The translations under genes were made by a program, and so were the position numbers. From the NCBI GenBank assembly GCA_907165135.1, contig OU015567.1, forward strand, positions 14,694,001 to 14,758,000: a DNA stretch of 64,000 nucleotides. Direction: 5' to 3'. The notes below the pieces were generated by a model, which saw nothing but the letters and a program-made list of their open reading frames with translations, had not been told where the DNA came from and searched no databases. Source of the DNA: Oikopleura dioica. Its lineage: Eukaryota > Animalia > Chordata. The stretch's first letter is position 1. Every line of letters begins with the position of its first letter. Positions 1-12,004 of the stretch are shown here, one piece after another.

Positions 1-605
1 AATTACTACAACTTCCTAAAGATACCTCAACAAGCGCCAAGCTCTCAAATAAACGCGGCTTATTTGGTAAGGAGAAAATCAAATTTAAAATTTCTCTTCC
101 TTGATTCCAAAACTGAGAAAACTTATTGAAATTATCATTTCAGGCGCTCCATGAAAAATTAACCGAGGAAGAAGACTACCACTCTTTAGAAAAACTAGAG
201 CGCGCCTTTGTCATTCTTAGCGACGAAGAGAAACGGAGTAAATATGATAAATTTTTGACAATCCAAGCGGCGAAGGGAATCCTACGCAGCTCCAGTGGCA
301 AAGTAGACCCGGAAGAGGAGCGAACAAAGGAGATAATGAGAAAAAACTATCCTGACATTGAAGCGCGCTTCAGCCAAAAGCAGCAAAGAATTGAGAGAAC
401 CAGCGAAGCCAACACGGAAAGCACGAGAGTTACGCTCAAGGAATTCAAAGACAATCTGAAGAAAGGCGAAGAGGTGAAGCAAGAAGCGTTTCCTTTTATG
501 CATTTGGTTGATACGAAAAATGCTCGAGTCCAAAATAGAAGGATGAAAGAGGGCGATTTGAAGGCTGACCTGAGAAAAGATTATAGAGACCTTTACTGCT
601 CTTGA
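1..605 (+). CDS. J-domain-like (DnaJ-like) protein, 5' truncated by the window edge
   Basis: Frame 1 reads NYYNFLKIPQQAPSSQINAAYL, then GT-AG intron 67-143, then ALHEKLTEEEDYHSLEKLERAFVILSDEEKRSKYD. This follows J-domain helix spacing (YYxxLxV...I..AY...AF.ILSD..KR.KYD). Stop at 605. Confidence 0.7.
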
Positions 606-681
606 AACTAACAATTCTTTTTTAAAAGAACTAACAGTCATAAACGATAGAAAATCTCGCTCGAATTATTCAAATTTTAGA

Positions 682-3577
682 ATGAGACCGAAATCACTCA
701 TTTCCGACTACAATCCGTTATTGGATCCAAATTTACAGGGCCATTTCGCAACGAAATCAAAGCAAAAGAGTCTTCGTAAAGCTGGACTCGTAAGCTCGTC
801 TTCTTTATCAAGAAATTATGCTTATTCAGATAAAACGAAATGGGGAAATTGTATCTGAACGCGAGTACAAGCTCCGGGCACAACATAAGGAGACAAAAGA
901 GCACATGAAAGAAATTTTGCAAGAGTCGATTGTTCGCAGAGGTAAGAGACTTTTCTTCTTAGCCCACTTCAGCCATTTTAGCAATCGAAATCGAGAGACA
1001 GAGACAAGTTGCCATCAGGGACGAAATGGAACGCGCGGCGAAGCAAGAAAGAGTGCGACAGCTGCGGCTAGAACGCTCGAGAACGGCGCCTCATATGATT
1101 TATCCAGGAGTTCCTCCTCAGAGCGCGCCGAGGGGGTCCGCTTCAAAGCGATCAAATACTTCGAAACAGTCCAGTCGGGCTGGTAGCGCAATTCAAAGGG
1201 TCAGTTTTAGGACTCTTATTTGATGATCAATGAATTTTAGGACCATCCAGAAGAAAGCGTAGATGAAAACGACCCGAGAAATTGGACTCGTGAACAACAA
1301 GTCAACTACGTTGCCCAGCGAAAGGTAAGCATTTTTTCTCGCCACAAAGCTAAATTCCCAAAAGATGAAAGAACTTGACCGACCTACGCTGAAAATGCTA
1401 AAACGCGAAGCTGAGCGATCCAAAGCTTTCGGCCCCGGACCAAGTCCCTATAATTTTGACAAAGCTGATGCCAATGCTTTATCTCCCCCTCCTCGTGTTC
1501 CGCGGCCCATTGACGAGGATTACTCCGTTCATGAATCTCAAGAATACGTCAGAATGAAGAAGAGTAGCAATCACAGACTTCATCGAGCACAGCCTGGAAT
1601 GATTGTCAAAGTTCGGTAAGAAGTTATATCAACTCACATCGAAGATATTAAACTCAACCGTAGACAACAAAGTATGGTGGACGTTTCAATGAAATATCTC
1701 GGTCGACCGTCTGTTGGCGATACAGCTTTTCAAGAACGAGAAGATGTAGTCATCGAGCAACAACACTGTGGCGGTGAAAATATCAAAGTCTTTCATGGAA
1801 ATCTCAGACGAGGAGAAAAGTTTAAGTTCATTTCTCGACGACATCGTGGATATCCTTTCAGGTTTTTATTCATAAATTAATTGATATCATAATTAAATGA
1901 TAAAGTTTCGTGGTTTATGTTAACTCAATCCGAGTTGAACGAATTTCCTCGTGCTGTGAATATCGATACAAGAAAGGCTCGAAACTTGGTTGCGGAACTA
2001 TTCGATTGTTGAGCGTCAAAGGGGCTGCTCCATGCTATTCGTGCAACATCAGAAACAACAATCCAAAGGTTTGATGCACGATCAAAATTTAAGAGTATTA
2101 ATTCTCATCAAGGAAAAGCCTGATCCAGCACCAAGGCCAACCAGTCGACTTGATACTCCCGAAACAACCGTCAGCTCCAAGAAATCTGGCAAGCAATCAG
2201 CACCAAAGGGCAAAGGCAAACGAAAAGTTGTCAAAGACGAGGAATTCAACACCCGCGAAACTCCTGAAAATGAAGAGCCTCCCCCGCAAGAGCCTGAAGT
2301 CATGAAAGTCCACAGCAGCTCGAGCTCGTCAAGTTCGAGCTCAGAAAGCGAGGATGAAGCCGAGACCCAGGTATACACACTTTCGATGTGAATTTTCAAC
2401 TTGAAAATTCTTGTGCTTTGAATCACGGCTTCAATCAAAATAAATATTTATATATGTGTTGATTTGCAATTTGTCACGTGTCAATTCGTAAAATTCAGAG
2501 TTGAATTTCGAATTTCAATCATCCAAATGCTTATCTTTTGGTAATTCATTTACGATCACCTTTATCGCTTATTTTTCACTGTAATTCGAAAGAGAGAGAG
2601 TCTATGATGCGCTTTAGAAATCGAACAAGTCAAGCTCATCCTCTGAAACGAATCCAACTGCGGTCGAAATTGAGCAAGAAAAGCCAGGATATCTGACAGC
2701 AGCTCAGGCTCCCCAAGACGACGTGAAATCAATTTCATCCCAGAGTGAAGCACCATCAATCAAGGATGAGCCAGAAAGCCGTCCAAGCACTGCATCAAGC
2801 TCTTCATCATCTTCCAGTTCGAGTTCGTCAAAAGTCAGCTCTCGAAAGAGCTCAGTGTCGAGTGTCGTAAGCGTTCAAACAGTGGAGGATACAAATGCTG
2901 ATCCACCAAGCGCAAGTCCAACCAGTATCGCGAGCCAGAGCGCTCCGACACAAGAAGACATCGAAGCTAGTTACCAAGAGCAGGCTGCATCTGAGCATAG
3001 CGCTGATAGAAGTTCTAGCCAGGTGAATTCCCCCGAGAACTTTTCATTCCAAACAATGATTTTAGGCAACTCACTTGAGTGAGCAAACAAATGGAATGAC
3101 CTCTCCATATGCAACCAACTTGGTGAACGATGTTATTTTAAAAAGTAAGTTCTTTCTTCTGCTTTGAGAGGAAAAACAGTGAATAACTTGGCAAAACTCC
3201 CACTCCCGTAGACATGATTTACAAACTCCCGTTGTATCCCTTTTCCTCCTCGAGTGTGTAATTCATGACTTTATAATTTCAGTACGCAAGGAAGATAACC
3301 TTGAGGGCACGCGATCGCCAACCTCGCCCTTGGCGGACGATTTGGTGGGTGCTGCGTTGACCACGGCGCAGCGCGAGGGCAGCAACAGGAAACATTCAGT
3401 TACCTCCGCGTCTGATATTACTCAAGTGACCCCGCGAGGTGAGATTATCGCCCTCAATTATCGCTCATTTACGACGAGCTTATTCTAGAACCTGAAAACT
3501 TCAGTTCATCTTCATCTGAGGATTCAACGAGCGACAGTTCAAGTTCTGATTCTGACACCGACTCTGAAAGAAATTAA
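682..3577 (+). CDS. ERICH3: ERICH3 (C1orf173)-like protein with DUF4590 domain and Ser/Glu-rich tail, multi-exon
   Basis: N-terminus MRPKSLISDYNPLLDPNLQGHF...AGL/IKRNGEIVSEREYKL resembles ERICH3. Spliced QQHCGGENIKVFHGNLRRGEKFKFISRRHRGYPFSFVVYVNSIRVERISSCCEYRYKKGSKLG...APCYSC resembles DUF4590. Exons after 2618 join in phase and end at TAA 3575-3577. Confidence 0.75.
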
Positions 3578-4975
3578 TTATCCTTGTCCATATTTATTTT
3601 CATGAATTTTTGCACAACTTTCCCCCTCTTGAAATCCCCCCAATGAGTTCCAACTAGACAATCATTCTTTAAATCCTTTAATATACATTCTCTTTCGAGA
3701 GAAAAGTATCTGTTAACACGCCTTAAATCCACCCCAGCTTTAGTTTTATCTACTTTCTCGGCATTTCAAACAGTTGGCTAGGTGCCAACAGCTGCACTAA
3801 GTTCATAATTGCCTTTGTCAAGTTTGAAATTTTTGTTCTTTTTCCCTTTTTTAAATTTTCAACGAGAGCCAGAAGTCACAGAGAATATTGCCTATGGCGG
3901 GCATAATAACTTTGATGAATGCGAAAGTGCCTCGCGCGCGACAAATAGCCCCAGGGGAGTGAGATGAAGGCCAAGGGAGCGTGCGACAGCTAGGTGAACT
4001 CCCATCCGTGCTGACATTATATATAGTAACGCCGTCGTGGCACTAAGTTTTCGCTAATTTGGGTCCCTTATTATCGCGGGGAGGAAAACAGAGATTTCAA
4101 ATTTGACGAAGTTTTATTCCAAAAAACGGTGCAAGTGTATTTTTATATAAAATCGTATATTTGTATAAATGTTATTCTTCCTTGATTTTTCTATTTGATG
4201 CTATTTTTATAAACAACAAATAAATGAATATTTTTAATAAGTAAAATGCCAAAATTGAGTATTTATTCGCTTGAGAGAGCAGCGCAGATGGAAGGTCTTC
4301 AAAAATGATCGATCGAAAATATAGATTTGAAAAATTTACAAATTGAGACTCGTGGCTCTTTATTTTAATCAAAGAGAAAACCGCCGGACAAAGAGCGTCC
4401 GATCCGGAGAACATTGAAATCAACAAAGATTTTTTAAATAGAGAACTTTAGTTCGGACCATTTCTCGGCAAATTTGCTTATTTGCAATTCAGTCAGAGGA
4501 GAAAAAGAGAAAGCTACGGCCATTATCGTTAATTGAAAAAAGAAATGATTTTGCCCTGAGAAAACGATTGCATAAGGTAGACGTGATGGCATTTTTCCCG
4601 TCATTTCATGCATGGCTTATTGCCATACAAAGACATTTTTGCGTCTGTTGGAAGAGTCATAAAAAGCGGTTCCAGAGAAAATATGAGTTCGAGCTTGACT
4701 GAAAAAGTTTAACAAGTTACTTTCTTTTGGAGACTCTTTCTAGAGCTTTTTTTGCGTTTTGTTTCTTTGCTAAATAAAGTTGGAAGACTGTAAAGAGCCT
4801 GTCATAGAGAGATACACGGGCGGAAGTAATTTGTGTGGTCAAAAAACCTGAAAAAGTGATGAAAGACACGGATTAAGACAAATAAGCAGGAGTGACGAAA
4901 GCTGGTCAATCCAAAGTTTTAAATGATTGTTTTTCTTTAGACTGGGTGAATGGGAAATGAGTAAACGCGCTCAAA

Positions 4976-7900
4976 ATGAAATTCGGGGAGAACTTACAGT
5001 ATTACGCCACTGCTGAATGGCGGGACAAGTACATCGACTACGAAAAGCTAAAAACACTTCTCGAAGAAGCCCAGACTGGCCACACAGACACATATCTCGG
5101 AGATGACGAAAAAGAAAGGCCAAAACAGTAAAGCACTCTTCTGTGAACAAATAACCATCAAATTTATAGCAAAACGCTGCAAACCCCCGGAGACGAAGTG
5201 TTCTTCCGGGAAATCGCCGAGCAGCTAGAAAAAGTCAACCATTTTTACAATGAGCGTTATTCGAAAGTGGTGCAAACGTTTAACGGACTCAAAAAAGATG
5301 TTGAATTTTACAAAAATGTAAGCGCCTTTTCAACGGTATTAAAGCTAACGAATATTTAGCCAAAAGAAGAGACAGAAAGCTCAGGCGGAGTTATTCGAAG
5401 AAGAAAGTTTCTTCGCGCTGAGCCGGAGAAAAATGCCATAAAGCCGAAATCGCTGAAAGAACTCAAGGCCAATTTTAGCGACTTTTACTTATCCCTCGTT
5501 TTACTAGACAGATACCAGGTAAGCCGATATTAATCGACCTTTATAATTCCGCTTTTAGAAAATTAACTTCGATGGCTTCCGAAAAATCCTCAAGAAATTC
5601 GACAAAAACATGTACAGTACTTACGGCGACAGCTGGAGAAAAAAGCACATCGAAAAAGAACGATCTTTCTATACGAACAAACACATTTCAAACCTATTGT
5701 TGCAAACCGAGGTAAGCAACAAACTTTCGATCTTATCAGATCTTTCTTTCCAAAGTGACCGAAAAAATTTTAAAACCGTTTTTTAATGAGAGAATGGGAA
5801 AATAATAAAAAGGCAGCGTCAGTCAGGAGTTAAAATTCAAATGAGAATCTTAGATGTCTACCATACAGGATTCATATTTTATATGTAATTGTTTTATCTC
5901 AGAAATATCTCAATATTTAATCAAAACTCGCATAAGCCTCGTATTTCTGCCAAAGCAGAGGAATCGGCTACCCTCTTTCCTCCTCCCTTTTCACCAACAC
6001 ATGGGCTTACAGTAGTTTCGCTAACAACAGCATCGATTTCCGCATCTCTGATGAATGTTTCAATCCCCGACCAAGACTCAAAGATCGTTTTCTTTCTCAA
6101 ACAGCAATTGATGAGGAATCTGGCATCAAAAGCTATTCTACGCCAAAAAGGCGGAGGAGAGAAACTCTATCTTCTCGTTTCGAGTCTCGGACTAGAAGTG
6201 CTACGTTTGATTTTTCGGTCGAAATCAGCTTTACTTTGATATTTATAAAATACTGTTTCAGACCATTGTGGCAGAAGAATTAGAAGATGGCGACAGAAAG
6301 AAAGCCAGAAAGAAACTTGGAGTTCCGTCACTAGAATCAAAGGTAGAATGCTGCGCTTCTAGCTCTCTCTTCTATATTTATTTCAGGAGCTGAGCCAAGA
6401 CAAAAATGATTTCACTTTATTCCGAGTGGGGATCTTTCTCGGGATGGGACTCGTCGTACTATCTGCCATTGTTTTATCTATTTATCCAGCGAGGAGCTGT
6501 ATATTTGCCGATTCAATCTCCTCCCAGGACGATCGTACTTTATCACTAGAACGTACCTCATCATCAAACACTTCTTCCTTCACTGATATCTTTTGCGAGC
6601 AGAAAGACACAATCATTAGACTATACCGCCCAGGAATACTTCTTGGTAAGCTCCCTATTTTAAATGATGTTCGTAGTCGTTATTTCTAGCATTTTTCATC
6701 TTCTTGCTTGGATTTAACGTCTATGGCTGGCGCAAAGCAGGCGTCAACCACGTCCTTATCTTCGAGATCGACTACAGAGAGCATCTCGCGCCAACACATC
6801 TCTGGGAAGTCTCCTTCGTCATCGCCCTGACTTGGGCGCTGTCCCTTCTTGCCTTCATTCATAACCCCCTTGCAGACTATCTACCTCGTTACGCACACCC
6901 AGCTATTCTCTATTCTTTTCTCACGATCCTTATAATCTTTCCTCTTCCGGTAAGTCTTTCATCAACGCCTCCATTAATCAATTTTCCTAGATCCCGGGCC
7001 TGAGTTGTTACCGCAAAGCTCGATCATGGCTTGTCGGTCGATTCTGGCGGCTTCTTTTTCCTGGTTACTGGTCGGTTACCTTCGCCGACTTCTGGCTTGC
7101 TGATCAGCTGACATCGATGGCAGGCTTCCTCGTTGATATGGAATATGTGACTTGTTTCTACGCCGTGGATGGAAATATCAGCAACGGACTGTCCTGCTCG
7201 TCCACGAACATCAATGCTTCAAGCACGGACCAAAGTGTGATCACATACCGAATGAACGGAACGAGTCTGAAAACGGCAAACGAAAGCCTTACAGATGAAA
7301 AATGTCTCTGTGGAGAACTCGTCGGTGGCTCCGCCCTTGCTGGAGGAATTCAAGTTTTCTTGATGATGTGGCCGGCAATTATTCGATTTCTTCAATGCAT
7401 CCGGCGATATGTTGACTCTGGCAAACTCCATCCGCACATAACAAACGCTGGAAAGTACTCAACAACTCTGATCAAGGTGTTTATCAGCTATCTGATGGCG
7501 TACAGCCTTCGAAACGTTCCCAAAGACGATTCTTCGAAATTTGTCTGGGTGGTGGTGCTCTTCGTCGCCCATGCAATTTCGTCCTTTTACTCGCTTGTTT
7601 GGGACATCAAAATGGATTGGGGCTTTCTTGACCAAAGCGATGATTCTACCTGTGTTGGTGGATTACTTCGGTTAGAAATAGATTCCGGCAATTGTTTTGA
7701 TACATTTTTAGGGATCATTTGGTTTACGCAAGTCCGTGGAATTGGAAGTACTACGCTGCTTTTCTCGAAGATATTGTCTTCAGATTTCTCTGGACTTTAC
7801 AAGCATTCCATGTCCCTTATGTGAGCCCAACGCTACTCATGTTCGCCGAGGTCTTCAGGTAGAGAGATAGCTATTGCCAATAGCCTATTGGAGACGCTTA

Positions 7901-8395
7901 ACTTTTTTAAGGCGATTTGTTTGGAACTATTTCCGTCTTGAAAACGAGCATCTTAACAACTGTGGTGAGTTCCGTGCTGTCCGCGACATTACAGTCACTC
8001 AGCATCGGTAAGTCACTTTCACTTCATCGCATGAAATCACATCTTCTGTTCGATGCCCAGTACTGATTGTGTTTTTAGCAAAGAGGATCTAGAACGAATT
8101 GAAGATATCATGGATAATCGGATGGGTCCAAAGCATAGACGATTAATGTCGGACCCGAATGATAACCCAGTGTAAGTAGAGATTGATCAAGGGAGAAAGA
8201 TCAAGTTACTCATGAGCAAGAAAATTCAGGCCCGAAAGAGCAGATTATGAAAGGGATTCTCAACCGCGCAAGAGAGTCACAATGATGCCAGAAATGATTT
8301 CTAGCAGCGACGAGTCATCAGTCAGGCTACTAAATTTTGATAAAATAGAGCAGGAAAAAAAACTGTTGCAGGAACAAAGCATAGCCATTATATGA
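4976..8395 (+). CDS. XPR1: XPR1/SYG1 SPX-EXS phosphate exporter, multi-exon
   Basis: Start [26 protein letters not shown] and [14 protein letters not shown] (SPX). EXS motifs include [51 protein letters not shown] and [27 protein letters not shown]. Confidence 0.95.
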
Positions 8396-8605
8396 GAAAA
8401 CGACAATAAAGATTCATACGGCGCAGTTAGATTAAGTAGGGTCCGCAGGAGATCCACGAAAGCGATGAGAAGGGTAAGGATGAGCCTTTCAAAGTTTGTT
8501 TGAAAGATGAAGATGCAAAAAAAAGATGTCAAGGTTTTAACGGTATCTAAAGCAACACTTCTTATTATCAGTTATCGATCTATTTATCTTTCATCTACTT
8601 TTCTG

Positions 8606-9098
8606 GGGGTCGTCCGCTTTCCTAAGGATCACATTAGGTCCATATTCTCGGTGGGGGAAGGCGCCAAGCCGAGAGCAGGGAGATGCAACGTGCCCACCGC
8701 CATGTGCTAACTCCTGCCGAGGCAGCGACTCGGCCCAACTCGAGGCAGTCTCAGCGTGTGATGACTGAGCCTAAGGGCAAACATTGTGCACATTGAGCTG
8801 CTAATTAGGATCAAGCTCAACTGCGGATGAGCTGCAATTTTTGGGGATAAAGAGGACAAAAAAATAGAATTCCCTGAAAACATCCCCAATAGGGTAATTT
8901 GAGGTGCTGATTCCATTTTTGAAGTCAAAAATGAGTTTTAATGACAGGTTAACGAAAAATTGCCCCTCAAAATCCAGATAATACCTTGAAGGGCAGGATT
9001 TTTCGCTAAATTTACTGCCCTATAGACAAAGAGCCCATCATAATCCAGATAATACCTCTATGGGCAGTAATTCTCGCTAAAAATCCTGCCCTTACTGA
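8606..9098 (+). repeat. Left terminal inverted repeat of the MULE (~493 bp)
   Basis: Reverse complement of 11058-11549. Near-identical except a 12-13 nt block about 30 nt from the tip, a few terminal mismatches and one internal substitution I could see. Confidence 0.95.
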
Positions 9099-9315
9099 GG
9101 TATTTTCTGGATCCTACGTGGCTTTTCTCTTCAGGGCGGTAAATTTGGCGAAAAATCCTGCCCTTTGAAAGATCTTTGATCTTGGATCTTAATTATTCTC
9201 TATGATGTTTAATTGACGATGAGAATCAGATGTTCGGTATAACTTCCGCCGCTATTAACAGCTGGCAATCACATATATAATTACTTTCCGTTTTCCAGTC
9301 ATCATAATTCAAAAA

Positions 9316-10993
9316 ATGTCACAGTATGAAACAGCAATGAACTTGCTTCAAGACGATGAAGATGCAAAAGGTACAGATGAGCTGCCAGAGTTTTTGATGG
9401 TTACAAGTGGCGCCCGAATGAACTCAAGTTTAATCTTCTGGATGCGAATCGGAATCAATCCTTACGAATACAACGTTCTTGGACCGAACACGACAAGGGA
9501 AAGGCTCACCCTCATCTGCAAACATGGACAATGCTCAACTCCTGCTTCAAGACGATGCCCTGCTCGCTGTTATCTTCGCGTCAAGAATCCAGACATCATC
9601 GAAAGCAAGCTTGGAAAGAAAAGACGGCGAGATGGAAGCTTCTACGATTGTTTTCGGCATTCTCTCAAGAAAGACATGGAAGAGTCCCGCGACAAATCCA
9701 ACTACGAGGTTGAAATTTTCGAGTCTCCTGCTGTCCATAATCATCCGCCTCCAGCTGATCTCTCACCACTTCAAAAAATCTTCAAGGAGAATTCAGTGAA
9801 GCGCTCTCTAGAGAAGAAACGTGTCGAATACGATCGAGAATTCGAAGCCTTACCAGACTCATTCAATGCAGACATCAAGAAAAACATCGCTGGAGAAGAA
9901 ACCTACCAAAAGAAACTCATCTCTGCTCGCCTCGCTCGACGTTGGACCTCTCCTCAAGATCAAGTCGCTTTGGGATCAACAACGATGCTTCTACACGATC
10001 CTTCCGCAACCAAGCTGTATGCGAAGAACTCCATCATCGAGCAATTTCTTCTCTCTGAAATCAACACTCACGATGGCCTGCCGATCAAGATCTGGGGACT
10101 CGCAAGCGAACTTCACCTCCTTCACGATAAAGACGATCCCTGTTTTATCGATGGAACATTCAACTTCTGCAGCAAGCTCCCCTCCGAAGGATACGTACCG
10201 AGTCGCCTTCAATGAGGTTCGCCGGCTGTACAAGGAGCACTATGGCCACGAGCTTCACATCGACAACTGGCGCGTCGACTACGAGGGCAATCCAGCAAAA
10301 ATCATCAGAGAATTCTGGCCCTACGCTCTCGTCTACGGTTGCCAGTTTCACTACGCCAAAGCCATTCTTCACAACTGGGCACTCAAACTCGGCAGCAAGA
10401 AATTGGTCTACGACAAGGAGCTACGAGCGCAGATCCTCAACATCTACCTTGGGATGCCTTTCGTCGATCCAACCATCGTAGCAGAAGCCATCCGAAAGCT
10501 GGAAACCGAGCTCATCCCATCTCTCTGCCCTACGAAGCGATCGAAAGTTGTAGCCTTGCACAACTACTTCATCAAGACTTGGGTGAACAAACGCCATGTG
10601 AATGCTGACTGGAATCTTCATGCTCTTCTCAAGCGAAACGACACATTTTGGACGACCAACCAGAGCGAAGCCCTTCATTTGTCGCTCAAAAAGTCCTACA
10701 AAACTCCTCCACCAACCATCCGCGTCGCCTCAGAGGTGCTTCACGATTACAAATCTTTCTTCCGAGGAAAATACGCCAATCGTCAACTTGTCCCAAGAAA
10801 ATTAGACTCCCTGGAACGAGCAAGAAACATCATGTTCCACCATTCAGAAGTTGAACGTCAATCTTCAGCATGGAAGTTCGAAAATGCCGTCTCTATTTGT
10901 CGCCAGTTTAGCAGCAACGAGAACCTCGCCACGAACATTCTTCATTACCCTTCTGCTTTTGTAACTGATGAACTTGTTTACACTGTGCTTTAA
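9316..10993 (+). pseudogene. MULE transposase split over two frames (9316-10215 and about 10187-10993)
   Basis: N-terminal C-x-C...HNH zinc-finger-like region (LICKHGQC...RCPARC...HNH). Catalytic D in FIDGTF (10150), D in RVDYE (10277), GCQFH motif (10340) and E in TTNQSEALH (10667). The frame changes near 10186-10194. Confidence 0.85.
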
Positions 10994-11057
10994 CTGATAT
11001 TCGAATACAAAATTTGTCGGAAAACTCTGTAGCTTGTTTCTTGAAATCGAAAAAAAA

Positions 11058-11549
11058 TCAGTAAGGGCAGGATTTTTAGCGAGAATTACTGCCCATAGAG
11101 GTATTATCTGGATTATGATGGGCTCTTTGTCTATAGGGCAGTAAATTTAGCGAAAAATCCTGCCCTTCAAAGTATTATCTGGATTTTGAGGGGCAATTTT
11201 TCGTTAACCTGTCATTAAAACTCATTTTTGACTTCAAAAATGGAATCAGCACCTCAAATTACCCTATTGGGGATGTTTTCAGGGAATTCTATTTTTTTGT
11301 CCTCTTTATCCCCAAAAATTGCAGCTCATCCGCAGTTGAGCTTGATCCTAATTAGCAGCTCAATGTGCACAATGTTTGCCCTTAGGCTCAGTCATCACAC
11401 GCTGAGACTGCCTCGAGTTGGGCCGAGTCGCTGCCTCGGCAGGAGTTAGCACATGGCGGTGGGCACGTTGCATCTCCCTGCTCTCGGCTTGGCGCCTTCC
11501 CCCACCGAGCCACTGGCCATATGTGATCCTTAGGAAAACGGACCCACCC
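11058..11549 (-). repeat. Right terminal inverted repeat of the MULE (~492 bp)
   Basis: Mirror of 8606-9098. The identical 73-aa ORFs at 8707-8928(-) and 11228-11449(+) in the ORF track confirm the inversion. Confidence 0.95.
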
Positions 11550-12004
11550 CTTTTCTGCACTTACGAAACTGGTGAAAATTTAACAATTTTTGTAGATCTT
11601 CTACCTCACCATTGCCAACTTCATCGGACGAAGAAAACGCTCCTCTCTTGTCTTGAGCCTTTGCCGTGCGCAGAGGCTTCTAAGTTCATCATCTTCTCAA
11701 GTTCATTTGTTTTCATACCTTTCCTTAATTTTTAAATAAGTTAAAATACAAATATATATCTAGAATACATCTCATTACACAATCTTCCACTGTACCTAAT
11801 GATCTTATTTATACTCAAATCTGAACATCAAAGAATTTTTTTTTAAGTTTTTCTTTTAAAAGTTGCCTATTTTTTATGTTTAGCTTCAACATTATTGCCT
11901 CAGTACTTCTTTTCGGTGCATTTTCAAAGTTTTATTTATGTTGCGAATCGACTATCTACTATTCGAATTTCGAACTGGAATTTATTTTTTTTTCTCTAAA
12001 AAGA

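Larger units (their letters stand above)
8606..11549 (+). mobile_element. Mutator-like (MULE) DNA transposon, 2944 bp, long TIRs, 8-bp TSD CTTTTCTG
   Basis: Direct repeat CTTTTCTG at 8598-8605 and 11550-11557. Inverted arms 8606-9098 and 11058-11549. The internal ORFs carry MULE DDE motifs. Confidence 0.93.

Noticed and set aside
5889-6239. 116-aa ORF and an antisense open stretch inside the ~550-nt XPR1 intron
   Set aside because: It starts at TTG, has no recognisable motif or terminal repeats, and cannot be distinguished from chance.
8707-8928. Identical 73-aa ORF on both strands (also 11228-11449)
   Set aside because: It starts at TTG, has no motifs, and is simply a by-product of the TIR duplication.
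8598-11557. hAT assignment because the TSD is 8 bp
   Set aside because: The DGTF / D / CxFH / E motifs and long TIRs are MULE-type, and no hAT dimerisation motif is seen.
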